From Spirochaetia bacterium (GTDB lineage Bacteria > Spirochaetota > Spirochaetia > CADAEX01), in contig OY759746.1 of NCBI GenBank assembly GCA_963662795.1, positions 2,656,001-2,720,000 of the forward strand: DNA of 64,000 nt, given 5' to 3'. The notes beneath the pieces were generated by a model. It did no database searches and was not told where the DNA came from. It worked only from the letters and a program-made list of their open reading frames with translations. The position numbers and the translations under genes were made by a program. This document shows, one piece after another, positions 18,437-27,511 of this stretch (position 1 is the first letter of the stretch; each line of letters opens with the position of its first letter).

Positions 18437-20344
18437 TTACGCAGTTTTTGAGGCGCTTTTCTGGGTAAAAAGCGATACAGCTACAAGCACTGTAAATGAA
18501 AGCGGTATTGAAATAATACCAGGATTGTCCAGAGGGAAAACTGCGTCTGCAGGATTCCATCCGTACATTGCGAACATGCTGGGAGATAAAAGTATAATAG
18601 CAATTGATGAAACTACCCCGACAGCAACCGATGCCGTTATTCCTTTTGAGGTGGTTTTTTTCCAGAAAAGAAGCATGATTATCGCCGGTAGGTTTGCAGA
18701 TGCCGCAATAGCGAACGCAAGTCCTACAAGGAATGAAACATTCATCCCTTTGAAAAGTATCCCGAGTATAATGGCAATGCCTCCTACAACTACGGCCGAT
18801 ATTTTCCCCGCTTTTACCTTGCTGCTGTCTGAGAGTTTCATTCCCAGAAAGTTGGTCATGAGGTCATGGGCTACCGCACCTGATGCCGCTACTATGAGGC
18901 CGCTTACAGTTCCAAGGACGGTAGCGAATGCGATTGCCGAAATAATGGCAAACAGATAAACACCAAAGGTCTTCGCCAGTAAAGGCGCTGCCATGTTGCT
19001 GCTTTCAACATCCATACCGCCGTTTACCATCGCCCCGATACCCATATAAAGTGTAAGGATATAGAAAAATCCTATAGCGGCAATTGCCACAATTGTCGAT
19101 TTTCTCGCATCCTTGGGACTCGGTACTGTGTAATACCTTATAAGAACATGAGGAAGCGCGGCAGTTCCAAAGAAAAGCGAGAGCATAAGGGATACAAAAT
19201 TAAGTTTTGAAGTAATTGATGAATCTCTTTCAATCTTGAATTTTAGGCCCGGCCTTAATATTTTATTGCCTTCTGTATTTTTCTGGTGCCAGATAGTAAC
19301 CTTGTCTTCTCCGTCTGTTATTGTTACAGGATTAAACAAACTGACTCCGCTTTTCTGGATTACAGAGAAAAACTTAAATGGACCGAGTGGACCTGTTTTT
19401 TCAACTTCTTTTCCATCCACTACAATTTTTGTCATGTGTCCAACAGAGTAGAATTTTTCCGCTTCTTTCGGTTCACCGTTGTACAGCACTTTGCCTTTAT
19501 CTGTTTTTGTTTTTGAAAGCACTTCTGTAAGTGTCCAGCTTCCTTCTTTTTGACTGAGCTGCCACCATGTTGAAATCCCGCCTTTGTCAAGTTTTACAAA
19601 ATCAAGATCTCCTGATTTAACCTGTGAGGAAACTGCATAGGATTTATCAGCTATGGATGTTACACTGCCCCCGGTGGCAACTGCTTCAATCTTTTTGAAT
19701 TCATGATAATTATCGTTAGGTTTCAGGTTTAATCCTTTTCCAAGGATACTGAAAACAAGTATTGTAGAAAAAACAATCAGCAGCCCCCCTTTCAGGAACT
19801 GGACATAGGTAGTTGATTTCATCCCTGCAGTCGCGACAATCAGTATTACAATACTTCCAACCATAATTACACCGACATAGTGGGGAAGTCCGAGCAGCGG
19901 AGTTACAAGCGCGCCTGCTCCAACCATCTGCGGTATGAGATAAAAGATTGAAATTACAAGGCTGCTTATCCCGGCGACAAGCTGTATTCCCCTGGAATTG
20001 AATTTTGAGTCAAGCGCGTCTGTAAATGTATATTTCCCAAGTCTTTTCATGGGCTCTGCTACTACAAACAGGGCTACGACCCAGCCGGCAAGATATCCTA
20101 TCGAATATAGAAATCCGTCATATCCGGCGGTAGCGATCATACCGCAGATTCCGAGAAATGATGCTGCGGAAAGATAATCACCGGCGAATGCTACTCCGTT
20201 TACAGGCCAGGATATGGTTCCCCCTGCTGTATAATACCCTTTTGATGAACTGGTCTGACGGGCGAAATAAAAAGAGAGGCCGAGAACCATAATGACAAAA
20301 AAGAAAAAAACGCCGATTGCGATAGGAGATGCTGTATAGATCAT
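18437..20344 (-). CDS. actP: cation/acetate (monocarboxylate) symporter ActP
   Basis: NGVAFAGDYLSAASFLG, FFGTAALPHVLIRYYTVP, FATVLGTVSGL, ASANLP; carries a ~170-aa hydrophilic loop insertion. Confidence 0.92.
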   Translation of the reverse strand: MIYTASPIAIGVFFFFVIMVLGLSFYFARQTSSSKGYYTAGGTISWPVNGVAFAGDYLSAASFLGICGMIATAGYDGFLYSIGYLAGWVVALFVVAEPMKRLGKYTFTDALDSKFNSRGIQLVAGISSLVISIFYLIPQMVGAGALVTPLLGLPHYVGVIMVGSIVILIVATAGMKSTTYVQFLKGGLLIVFSTILVFSILGKGLNLKPNDNYHEFKKIEAVATGGSVTSIADKSYAVSSQVKSGDLDFVKLDKGGISTWWQLSQKEGSWTLTEVLSKTKTDKGKVLYNGEPKEAEKFYSVGHMTKIVVDGKEVEKTGPLGPFKFFSVIQKSGVSLFNPVTITDGEDKVTIWHQKNTEGNKILRPGLKFKIERDSSITSKLNFVSLMLSLFFGTAALPHVLIRYYTVPSPKDARKSTIVAIAAIGFFYILTLYMGIGAMVNGGMDVESSNMAAPLLAKTFGVYLFAIISAIAFATVLGTVSGLIVAASGAVAHDLMTNFLGMKLSDSSKVKAGKISAVVVGGIAIILGILFKGMNVSFLVGLAFAIAASANLPAIIMLLFWKKTTSKGITASVAVGVVSSIAIILLSPSMFAMYGWNPADAVFPLDNPGIISIPLSFTVLVAVSLFTQKSASKTA

Positions 20345-20631
20345 TTGGCGCCCCCTTCGGTACTGATATTCAGTTCATCCTCTTTCTTTGTACAGAAATA
20401 GTTATAGATTATTCCCAAAATGATTGCTAACAGAATGAGACCGAATCCGTAAACAATCGCGAGGTTAAGCCCCAGAAAAATTTCCTTCTCCATAATTACA
20501 GGATTTAATGTGTTGATAGCTACAAATAATCCGTAAATTAATGCGTAGACAAAAAAGAGAATAACTCCCAGTTTTGATTTATACCTGATTGCATTATCCG
20601 GACCGAGCTGAACGGCAGGACCGTGATCCAT
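20341..20631 (-). CDS. DUF485 / YjcH-like small membrane subunit of ActP
   Basis: Two TM helices, GLNLAIVYGFGLI; overlaps the actP start; ATG 20631 after AAGGGG. Confidence 0.85.
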   Translation of the reverse strand: MDHGPAVQLGPDNAIRYKSKLGVILFFVYALIYGLFVAINTLNPVIMEKEIFLGLNLAIVYGFGLILLAIILGIIYNYFCTKKEDELNISTEGGAK

Positions 20632-20697
20632 ATATACCCCCTTAAAGTTGTTAAACTTCATGATGACTGCTAAAAGCAGTATAAGTCAAGCAAAAAA

Positions 20698-20714
20698 CTG
20701 ACCGACCGGTCGAT
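20698..20714. promoter_or_regulatory. palindromic operator-like site in the divergent promoter region
   Basis: Perfect palindrome CGACCGGTCG (20703-20712), GC-rich within an AT-rich intergenic region. Confidence 0.5.
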
Positions 20715-20757
20715 AAAAATAGTTACTCCTGGAGGCAAAGCTGTATTATAATGAAAA

Positions 20758-23700
20758 ATGATGAATGAGCCTTTCCTGACTGTAAACATGCACTGCCACT
20801 CAAATCTCAGCGATGGTATTCTGCCTGTTGATGAACTTGTGGAATTTTTATCGAAAAACAGCGTTCAGTTCGCCTCCCTTACTGATCATGATACTTTGAA
20901 GGGACAGGAGCTTTTTCATGACCTCTGTGTAAAAAGCGGTATCGGGTTTGTCAGCGGTATTGAAATTACTGCTTCATCTGAGTGGGGTGAGCTCCATCTG
21001 CTTGGATACGGCTTTAATTACAGGAGCGAAGCAATAAAGGCTTTTTTTCCTGATGACCTGCCATCGAGAACTGCTGTTGATTATAGAACTGTCATAGATA
21101 TTGTCCATGCGGAGGGAGGGAAGGTCTTTCTTGCCCATCCGCTGACTGTTTCAAAAGATTTTACGGCTCTTTCGTCAATTATCTCCCGTTTAAGGGAAGC
21201 CGGACTTGACGGAATTGAGGCTTTATATGGAATGTATGAGGAAGCTGATCAAAAAAAACTGCTTTCTATAGCTGAAGAACTTGATCTTCTTGTTTCTGCC
21301 GGGACAGATTATCACGGTTTTACGATGCCTTCAGGAGGTGCTCCTGCTTTTCGGAAAGCAGGTTTGTTTTCCAAACCAGGAGAGAGTATTTCTTATGATA
21401 ACTGGAAAAAATTCCGCTTAGCCGTATTCAGCAATTCCGCGGTAAATTCTTCTGTTACGACAGGCAGCAACGGTGCTGCTGACAGCAGAGATTCCTCCCG
21501 CTCCAATAAAAAAGAAATTAGCAGAATAAGCTATTTAAAAATAATTTTTCCCGCGTTTCTCGCTGTTTTACTGTTTACTGTTACTATTTTCAATATCCTG
21601 ATTCCTAAAATTGAAGATGTTCTTCTTGCCAGGAAAAAGGAAATGATAAAAGAGCTTACAAATTCGGCTGTAAGCATTCTTGAAGAATTCAATCTCGATG
21701 TTGAAAACGGCCTTATTACGGAAGATGAGGCAAAGCAGAAAGCTGCAAAAATTATTGAGTATATAAGATATGGAGGGGAACACAAGGATTATTTCTGGAT
21801 TACAGACATGAAGCCTGTGATGATTGTCCACCCCTACAAAAAAGAACTTGAAGGAAAATATGTCGGCGATTATCAGGACAATGCCGGCACAGCTGTATTC
21901 ATGAAATTTGTTGAAGCTGTAAGAAAAAACAGGGAAGGGTATGTTGAATATCAGTGGCAGTGGAAGGATGAAAAAAGCAGGATTATGTCAAAGCTTTCCT
22001 ATGTTAAACTTTATGAACCCTGGGGCTGGATTATAGGAACAGGCATTTACATAGATGATCTTCAGATTGAGGTAAAAAAGATAGAAAGCTTTATTATAAG
22101 TTTTTCTGTTGTAATAATAGTAACAGTATCTATTCTGCTTTTTTTCCTGGTAACTCAAAGTATAAAATCTGAAAAAGTAAAGCAGAAAAAAGAGAAAGCA
22201 CTCGCCGAGTCAAACGAGAAATACCGAACCCTTGTATCAGCCACAGGAGAAGGCACTCTTATTATACAGAACGGTAAATGCACCTATTCAAATCCGAAGA
22301 TACAGAATATTTTAGGCTATACTGAGGATGAACTGCTTCTCCTTGCGATTCAGGATATTATTGTTCCCGAATCTGTGGATTCCCATGGAAGATTTTATAT
22401 CGAATCCCTGATGCATAACGAAATACTTCCGTCTGTCTGTGAAACCGGAATGAGAAAAAAAGACGGTAAATTCATCGATGTCATTCTTGATACAGACAGG
22501 ATAAATTTTTCAGGCGGTGACGGGTTTATAATAAATGTAAGGGAAACCGAAAAAAGCGGCAGACTCAGCTATATAAGGGACAGGAAGAAAAATAAAATAA
22601 TCGGGGAGCTGCAGACAGCGATTCTTTTTTTAAGCGAGCCGGTCGTCAACATAGCAGAAGAGGCTGTAATCTGCCCCATGAAAACCAGAATTCGTGAAGC
22701 CGCATCAGTAATGACTGAGAAAAAAGTTTCCTCAATTTTTATCTCGTCGGAGGACGGGGAGATAATAGGAATTGTAACAGATCATGATATCAGAATGAGG
22801 GTCGTATCCGGGCAGATTAATCCTCAGGAAAGTCTTTATAAAATAATGAGTTCGCCTTTAATTTCAATTTCAGGCAGTTCCCTTATTTATGAGGCAATCT
22901 CAGTAATGAGAAGAGGCAGCATAAGCCATCTTGCTGTAAGGGATGAGGGGGGCAATCCATATGCTGTGGTAAGGGCAAAAGAGCTTCTTGCGTTTCATAA
23001 ATATCCTGCCGCAGTACTGACTTCTGAAATTAATTCGGCAGGTTCGTTTACTGAACTCAGGAGATCTTTCAGCAAAATGCCTGTAATGATGAAAACACTT
23101 GTTGATACCGGAGTCAAGCCTCAGAATATAACCAGAATGATATCATCCTTTTCCGATTCACTTACTGCAAGAATTATAGAACTTGCAGAGTCTGAGCTGG
23201 GGCCACCTCCTGTAAGCTATGTCTTTATATCGCCCGGAAGCCACGGAAGGGGAGAGCCTACGCTTGTTTCAGACCAGGATAACGCGATTATCTACTTTGA
23301 TATGGCGGATGACGAAAAAGAAAAATCCGCGGTTGAGTATTTCATAAAGCTTGGGGAATTGGTCTGCTCCGAGCTTGCCAGGTCCGGGTTTGAGCTCTGC
23401 AAAGGGAAAATCATGGCAAGCAATCCTGCATGGGTCTGTTCCCTTTCCGGCTGGAAAAAATATTTTACTGCGTGGATAACAGAGCCTAAAGCTGAAGAGT
23501 TTCTTAAATTCAACATGTTCTTCGATTTCAGGGTGATATACGGCGATTCTGTGCCGGCGAAGGAACTCAGGAGCCATATAAAAAGGCTATTGGCGGTGAA
23601 TCCCCCTTTCTTTGCCCACCTTGCCCAGAATACCCTTCTTTATAAAACACCTTTAGGATTTATGGGTAATATTATCTTTAATACTGATGATTCAAGTAAC

Positions 23701-24057
23701 CAGATATTCGATATAAAGGAAGCGCTGCTTCCAATTGTAAGTTTTGCCAGAATTTATGCCTTAAAGCATAATATTGAAAATACAAATACCTGGGAAAGAC
23801 TTTCACAGCTTAGTGAAAAAGGAATAATTCTTGAATCAAGCTATAATGAAATAAAGCATGTTTATGATTTTCTTATGCAGATGCGTCTTAATACCCAGTC
23901 TGCGGCAATGGATAACAACCTTGAGCCCGGCAATACTGTCTCGAGATCTTCACTTACCAATATCGAGACAGCGCTGCTTAAGAATTCCCTCAACCAGATT
24001 TCAGACATACAGAAGAAAATAATATATGATTTTATGGGTGGTGTGAATCCGTCCTGA
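20758..24057 (+). CDS. multidomain sensor: PHP phosphoesterase - TM - sCache_2 - TM - PAS - CBSx2 - DUF294 nucleotidyltransferase - DUF294_C
   Basis: PHP motifs HCHSNLSDG, TDHD, GIE, HLLGY, AHP, GTDYHG; Cache YFWITD..HPY..YVEYQW..KLSYVKLYEPWGWIIGTGIY; CBS GIVTDHDI; NTase GSHGRGE..SDQDNAI; FFDFR; DIKEALLPIVSFARIYAL. Confidence 0.88.
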   Translation: MMNEPFLTVNMHCHSNLSDGILPVDELVEFLSKNSVQFASLTDHDTLKGQELFHDLCVKSGIGFVSGIEITASSEWGELHLLGYGFNYRSEAIKAFFPDDLPSRTAVDYRTVIDIVHAEGGKVFLAHPLTVSKDFTALSSIISRLREAGLDGIEALYGMYEEADQKKLLSIAEELDLLVSAGTDYHGFTMPSGGAPAFRKAGLFSKPGESISYDNWKKFRLAVFSNSAVNSSVTTGSNGAADSRDSSRSNKKEISRISYLKIIFPAFLAVLLFTVTIFNILIPKIEDVLLARKKEMIKELTNSAVSILEEFNLDVENGLITEDEAKQKAAKIIEYIRYGGEHKDYFWITDMKPVMIVHPYKKELEGKYVGDYQDNAGTAVFMKFVEAVRKNREGYVEYQWQWKDEKSRIMSKLSYVKLYEPWGWIIGTGIYIDDLQIEVKKIESFIISFSVVIIVTVSILLFFLVTQSIKSEKVKQKKEKALAESNEKYRTLVSATGEGTLIIQNGKCTYSNPKIQNILGYTEDELLLLAIQDIIVPESVDSHGRFYIESLMHNEILPSVCETGMRKKDGKFIDVILDTDRINFSGGDGFIINVRETEKSGRLSYIRDRKKNKIIGELQTAILFLSEPVVNIAEEAVICPMKTRIREAASVMTEKKVSSIFISSEDGEIIGIVTDHDIRMRVVSGQINPQESLYKIMSSPLISISGSSLIYEAISVMRRGSISHLAVRDEGGNPYAVVRAKELLAFHKYPAAVLTSEINSAGSFTELRRSFSKMPVMMKTLVDTGVKPQNITRMISSFSDSLTARIIELAESELGPPPVSYVFISPGSHGRGEPTLVSDQDNAIIYFDMADDEKEKSAVEYFIKLGELVCSELARSGFELCKGKIMASNPAWVCSLSGWKKYFTAWITEPKAEEFLKFNMFFDFRVIYGDSVPAKELRSHIKRLLAVNPPFFAHLAQNTLLYKTPLGFMGNIIFNTDDSSNQIFDIKEALLPIVSFARIYALKHNIENTNTWERLSQLSEKGIILESSYNEIKHVYDFLMQMRLNTQSAAMDNNLEPGNTVSRSSLTNIETALLKNSLNQISDIQKKIIYDFMGGVNPS

Positions 24058-24104
24058 CAGCGCATACCCTGATGCCGTATAAAAATATAAGGAAGAATAA
24101 AAGT

Positions 24105-24914
24105 ATGAAATACTCACTCTGCATTACAACTCCCGAGGTGAAAGCTGTACTTCCTCTTGCCATGCTAAGAGGTTCTTTTATGGAAAAAACAGTAAAAGCT
24201 TCAAATTACGGTTATGCCGGTGTTGAACTTATGACAGTTGAGCCGCTCAAGGTCGATGCTTCCTTTATCAGGGATTCGCTTTTGTCGGGAGGTCTTGCGA
24301 TTTCCGCTGTTTCTTCCGGCGCTGTTTTGTCAACAGCCGGTCTCTCTCTCCTTGCGGAAGACGAAAAAACAAGAGCGGCCGCAGGGAAACGACTTTCTGA
24401 GCTGATTCAGTTTGCAGGCAGGACCGGGGCGAAAATTGTAACAATAGGCAGTTTCCGCGGCAGGGCTTCTTCAGTAGGAGGAAGCAGGAATGCTTACCGT
24501 ATTCCTTCCGCAGTTTTAAAGGAATCCTCAGCAGAAGCTGAATCCCTGAACGTAAGTATCGCACTTGAACCGATAAACCGTTTTGATTCGGATTTCCTGC
24601 ATACCGCGGATGAGGCCTCCGGCTTTATAGAAAATACCGGCTGCAGCAATCTAGGGATTCTGCTGGATACATTTCATATGAATATGGAAAGCCCTCCTTA
24701 CTCTGCCACAGGTAATGCTACCCTGTGGGATGAGGGTTGGTTTGTTTTTAATCTTGATGATGGTGATTCTTCTCAATTTATTGTTTCATCCGATATTGTA
24801 GTTGACAGTCTGGTGAAAATTGAAGTTTTTTATGATACTGAGGGAAATTTTCCTGTAACTGTTACCAGTCATACTGTTGGAGGGGGACCAGAAATCTATA
24901 ACATTAAATATTGA
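24105..24914 (+). pseudogene. sugar phosphate isomerase/epimerase (TIM barrel), C-terminus replaced by unrelated sequence
   Basis: GYAGVEL, IGSFRG, ALEPINRFD, LLDTFHMNME present; the expected downstream HxxD..R and terminal E motifs are absent after ~24690. Confidence 0.65.
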
Positions 24915-25044
24915 ATGGGATATTAATATTGATGGTGAAAAAAATCTTTGGGTTAAAATGTCAAATGATTCTATTGACTATTCAGGAATCTTTTATAACC
25001 TTATATGGTTTGTATCAAGATATTGAAAGATAACGGGATGTATT

Positions 25045-26415
25045 ATGAACTTTAGAATTGAAAAAGACACGATGGGCGAGGTAAGGGTACCGGAAGACAG
25101 GTACTGGGGCGCCCAGACACAGAGAAGTCTTGAGAACTTCCGGATCGGGAAAGAGAAAATGCCCATGGAGGTGATTACCGCACTTGCCGTAATCAAAAAG
25201 GCAGCTGCGGCTGTTAACAGCAGCCTGGGAAAGCTTGATGCCGGGAAAATGGATGCCATTGTAAAAGTCTGCGATGAAATTATTGATCATAAGCTTGACG
25301 GGCATTTCCCCCTGTCGGTATGGCAGACAGGCAGCGGTACCCAGAGCAATATGAATGTTAATGAGGTTATAGCAAACCGTGCCAACGAATTACTCGCATC
25401 CGGAGGGGAAAAAATACATCCCAATGATGATGTCAACATGTCCCAGAGCTCAAACGATGCCTTCCCTTCCGCGATGCATATCGCCTCTGTTCTTGAGACT
25501 GAAAATTCGCTTCTTCCAGCGATTGTAAAACTGCTTGGGACATTCAAGCGTCTTGAAAAAGAAAATGAGGGTATAATCAAAACCGGACGCACCCATCTTC
25601 AGGACGCGGTGCCTATTTCCTTTTCCCAGGAGATAAGCGCATGGACCCACATGCTTGAGAAAGGGAGGAAGAATGTCCTCATGTCGCTCGAAGGGCTGCG
25701 CTCTCTTGCTCTCGGCGGCACTGCCGTCGGGACAGGGCTTAACGCGCACCCTGATTTCGGACGGATGGCAGCTGAAGAAATAAGCAGAATAACCGATGTA
25801 AAATTCTTCACAGCGAAAAATAAATTCCACGCGCTTTCAAGCAGGGATGATCTTCTCTTTGCGCACGGCGCGCTTAAGGCCCTTGCCGCGGATCTAATGA
25901 AGATAGCAAACGATATAAGGTGGCTTGCAAGCGGACCGAGGTGCGGGCTGGGGGAGATTACAATACCTGAAAATGAGCCCGGCAGCTCAATTATGCCCGG
26001 AAAAGTCAACCCTACCCAGTGCGAGGCGCTTACAATGGCAGCCTGCCAGGTCATGGCAAACGATACAGCAGTAACCCTTGCTTCTTCCCAGGGGAATTTC
26101 CAGCTGAATGTTTTTATGCCGCTGTGTATTTACAACTATCTGCAGTCAGTCCGGCTTCTGTCTGATTCTATGAATTCGTTTAACGATAACTGCGCCTGCG
26201 GCATAAAACCTGACAGGGCAAAAATGAAAAGCAATCTTGACCGGTCCCTTATGCTTGTCACAGCCTTAAATCCTAAAATAGGCTATGAAAACTCTGCAAA
26301 AGTCGCCAAGCTGGCCTTTGAAAAAGGGATTACCCTGAAGGAGGCTGTAATAGAATTGAACCTGCTTACGGGAAAAGAGTTTGACGATCTTGTGAAACCT
26401 GAAAAAATGGTCTGA
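25045..26415 (+). CDS. fumC: fumarate hydratase class II
   Basis: WQTGSGTQSNMNVNEV, GRTHLQDA, GSSIMPGKVNPTQCE. Confidence 0.96.
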   Translation: MNFRIEKDTMGEVRVPEDRYWGAQTQRSLENFRIGKEKMPMEVITALAVIKKAAAAVNSSLGKLDAGKMDAIVKVCDEIIDHKLDGHFPLSVWQTGSGTQSNMNVNEVIANRANELLASGGEKIHPNDDVNMSQSSNDAFPSAMHIASVLETENSLLPAIVKLLGTFKRLEKENEGIIKTGRTHLQDAVPISFSQEISAWTHMLEKGRKNVLMSLEGLRSLALGGTAVGTGLNAHPDFGRMAAEEISRITDVKFFTAKNKFHALSSRDDLLFAHGALKALAADLMKIANDIRWLASGPRCGLGEITIPENEPGSSIMPGKVNPTQCEALTMAACQVMANDTAVTLASSQGNFQLNVFMPLCIYNYLQSVRLLSDSMNSFNDNCACGIKPDRAKMKSNLDRSLMLVTALNPKIGYENSAKVAKLAFEKGITLKEAVIELNLLTGKEFDDLVKPEKMV

Positions 26416-26513
26416 TGCTTACCGGTGAAATAATATGCTGACTGAGCATTTAAACAGCACATCAAATTCTGCTTCCGCTGTTTAAGTTAAAAACCTGTCA
26501 GCTTATCTACGGT

Positions 26514-26846
26514 TCAGCTGTAATATTTTTTATAATCTTCCCTGACAGGGGAGAACACCTCGACAGCAATAGAATCCTCAATTATTTCAGCATGGTGTAT
26601 AACATCGGGAGGAATGCACCAACTGAACCCCTTCTTCATTTCGTGTGCTATATCAGCAATATAAAGAATGATTCTCCCTGATACAAGATACCCTGTCTGC
26701 TCGGACGGATGGCTGTGTAACGGCAGCTTACTGCCTGCAGCCATTTTGAATTCACTCATCAGTGTGTTTTCCCCGTATACAAGTGTTCTTACATCTATCC
26801 CTTCTATTGCTTTAAAATATCCGCTATCTGATGGTTTATTTGTCAT
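26514..26846 (-). CDS. cupin domain protein
   Basis: [12 protein letters not shown]...[20 protein letters not shown]. Confidence 0.9.
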   Translation of the reverse strand: MTNKPSDSGYFKAIEGIDVRTLVYGENTLMSEFKMAAGSKLPLHSHPSEQTGYLVSGRIILYIADIAHEMKKGFSWCIPPDVIHHAEIIEDSIAVEVFSPVREDYKKYYS

Positions 26847-26898
26847 ATAAATTCCTCTGCAGGTGTGGAGTTTTTTTTAATCCCCGTACTCGAAAATC

Positions 26899-26931
26899 AA
26901 AAAAACAGCCGAAGAAAAATATCTCCGGCTG
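26899..26931 (-). terminator. intrinsic terminator
   Basis: CAGCCG...CGGCTG stem with a T tract on the minus strand, just after the 26955 stop. Confidence 0.6.
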
Positions 26932-26954
26932 AAGTAATTTTAATAAAAACAGTT

Positions 26955-27350
26955 TTATTTGATTTTTGGGGCAGCTGGTTTTTTTGCTGCTTTTGGTTTT
27001 GCTGCAGGTTTTGTTTTTGCCTTGGCAGCCGGTTTTGCAGCCAGTTTTGTCTCGGCAGCTTTGATTTCTGCCTTGGATAATTTTTTTACTTTTAGAACAG
27101 GTTCGTTTTCCTTCGCTATTTTCTGTCCCAATTCCGGAATAACTATTTCGTCTCTTTTCATTATTTCCGAATCAATTTTTTCAACGAAATTTTCAACTGC
27201 GCCAATAAGGGATTCTGTAGCAAAATAAAGTTTTCCGATCTGTATGTCTTTAAGTGCGGCAAAATCTTCCGCTTTTGCTGTATTTGCTGCTGCAACAAGG
27301 TCAGCAATCAATTTATCAAGTTTTGCATAAGTTATCATAATTTCCTCCAT
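26955..27350 (-). CDS. hypothetical protein with Lys/Ala/Pro-rich histone-H1-like tail
   Basis: C-terminal AAKPAAKAKTKPAAKPKAAKKPAAPK; may start at the internal Met (MITY) after GGAGG. Confidence 0.7.
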   Translation of the reverse strand: MEEIMITYAKLDKLIADLVAAANTAKAEDFAALKDIQIGKLYFATESLIGAVENFVEKIDSEIMKRDEIVIPELGQKIAKENEPVLKVKKLSKAEIKAAETKLAAKPAAKAKTKPAAKPKAAKKPAAPKIK

Positions 27351-27511
27351 CAGTATTTTACTATCTAATTATATATATTTCAATAATAAAATATTGCCGT
27401 TTTTTATTTACAGCGCTTCTGTATTTATTTTGACAAGCTTTTTTTCAGTAAACAAAAAAAAGTACCGTTATCATGATATCAGTATTATAATCAATTGAGG
27501 CCTATAAAGAC

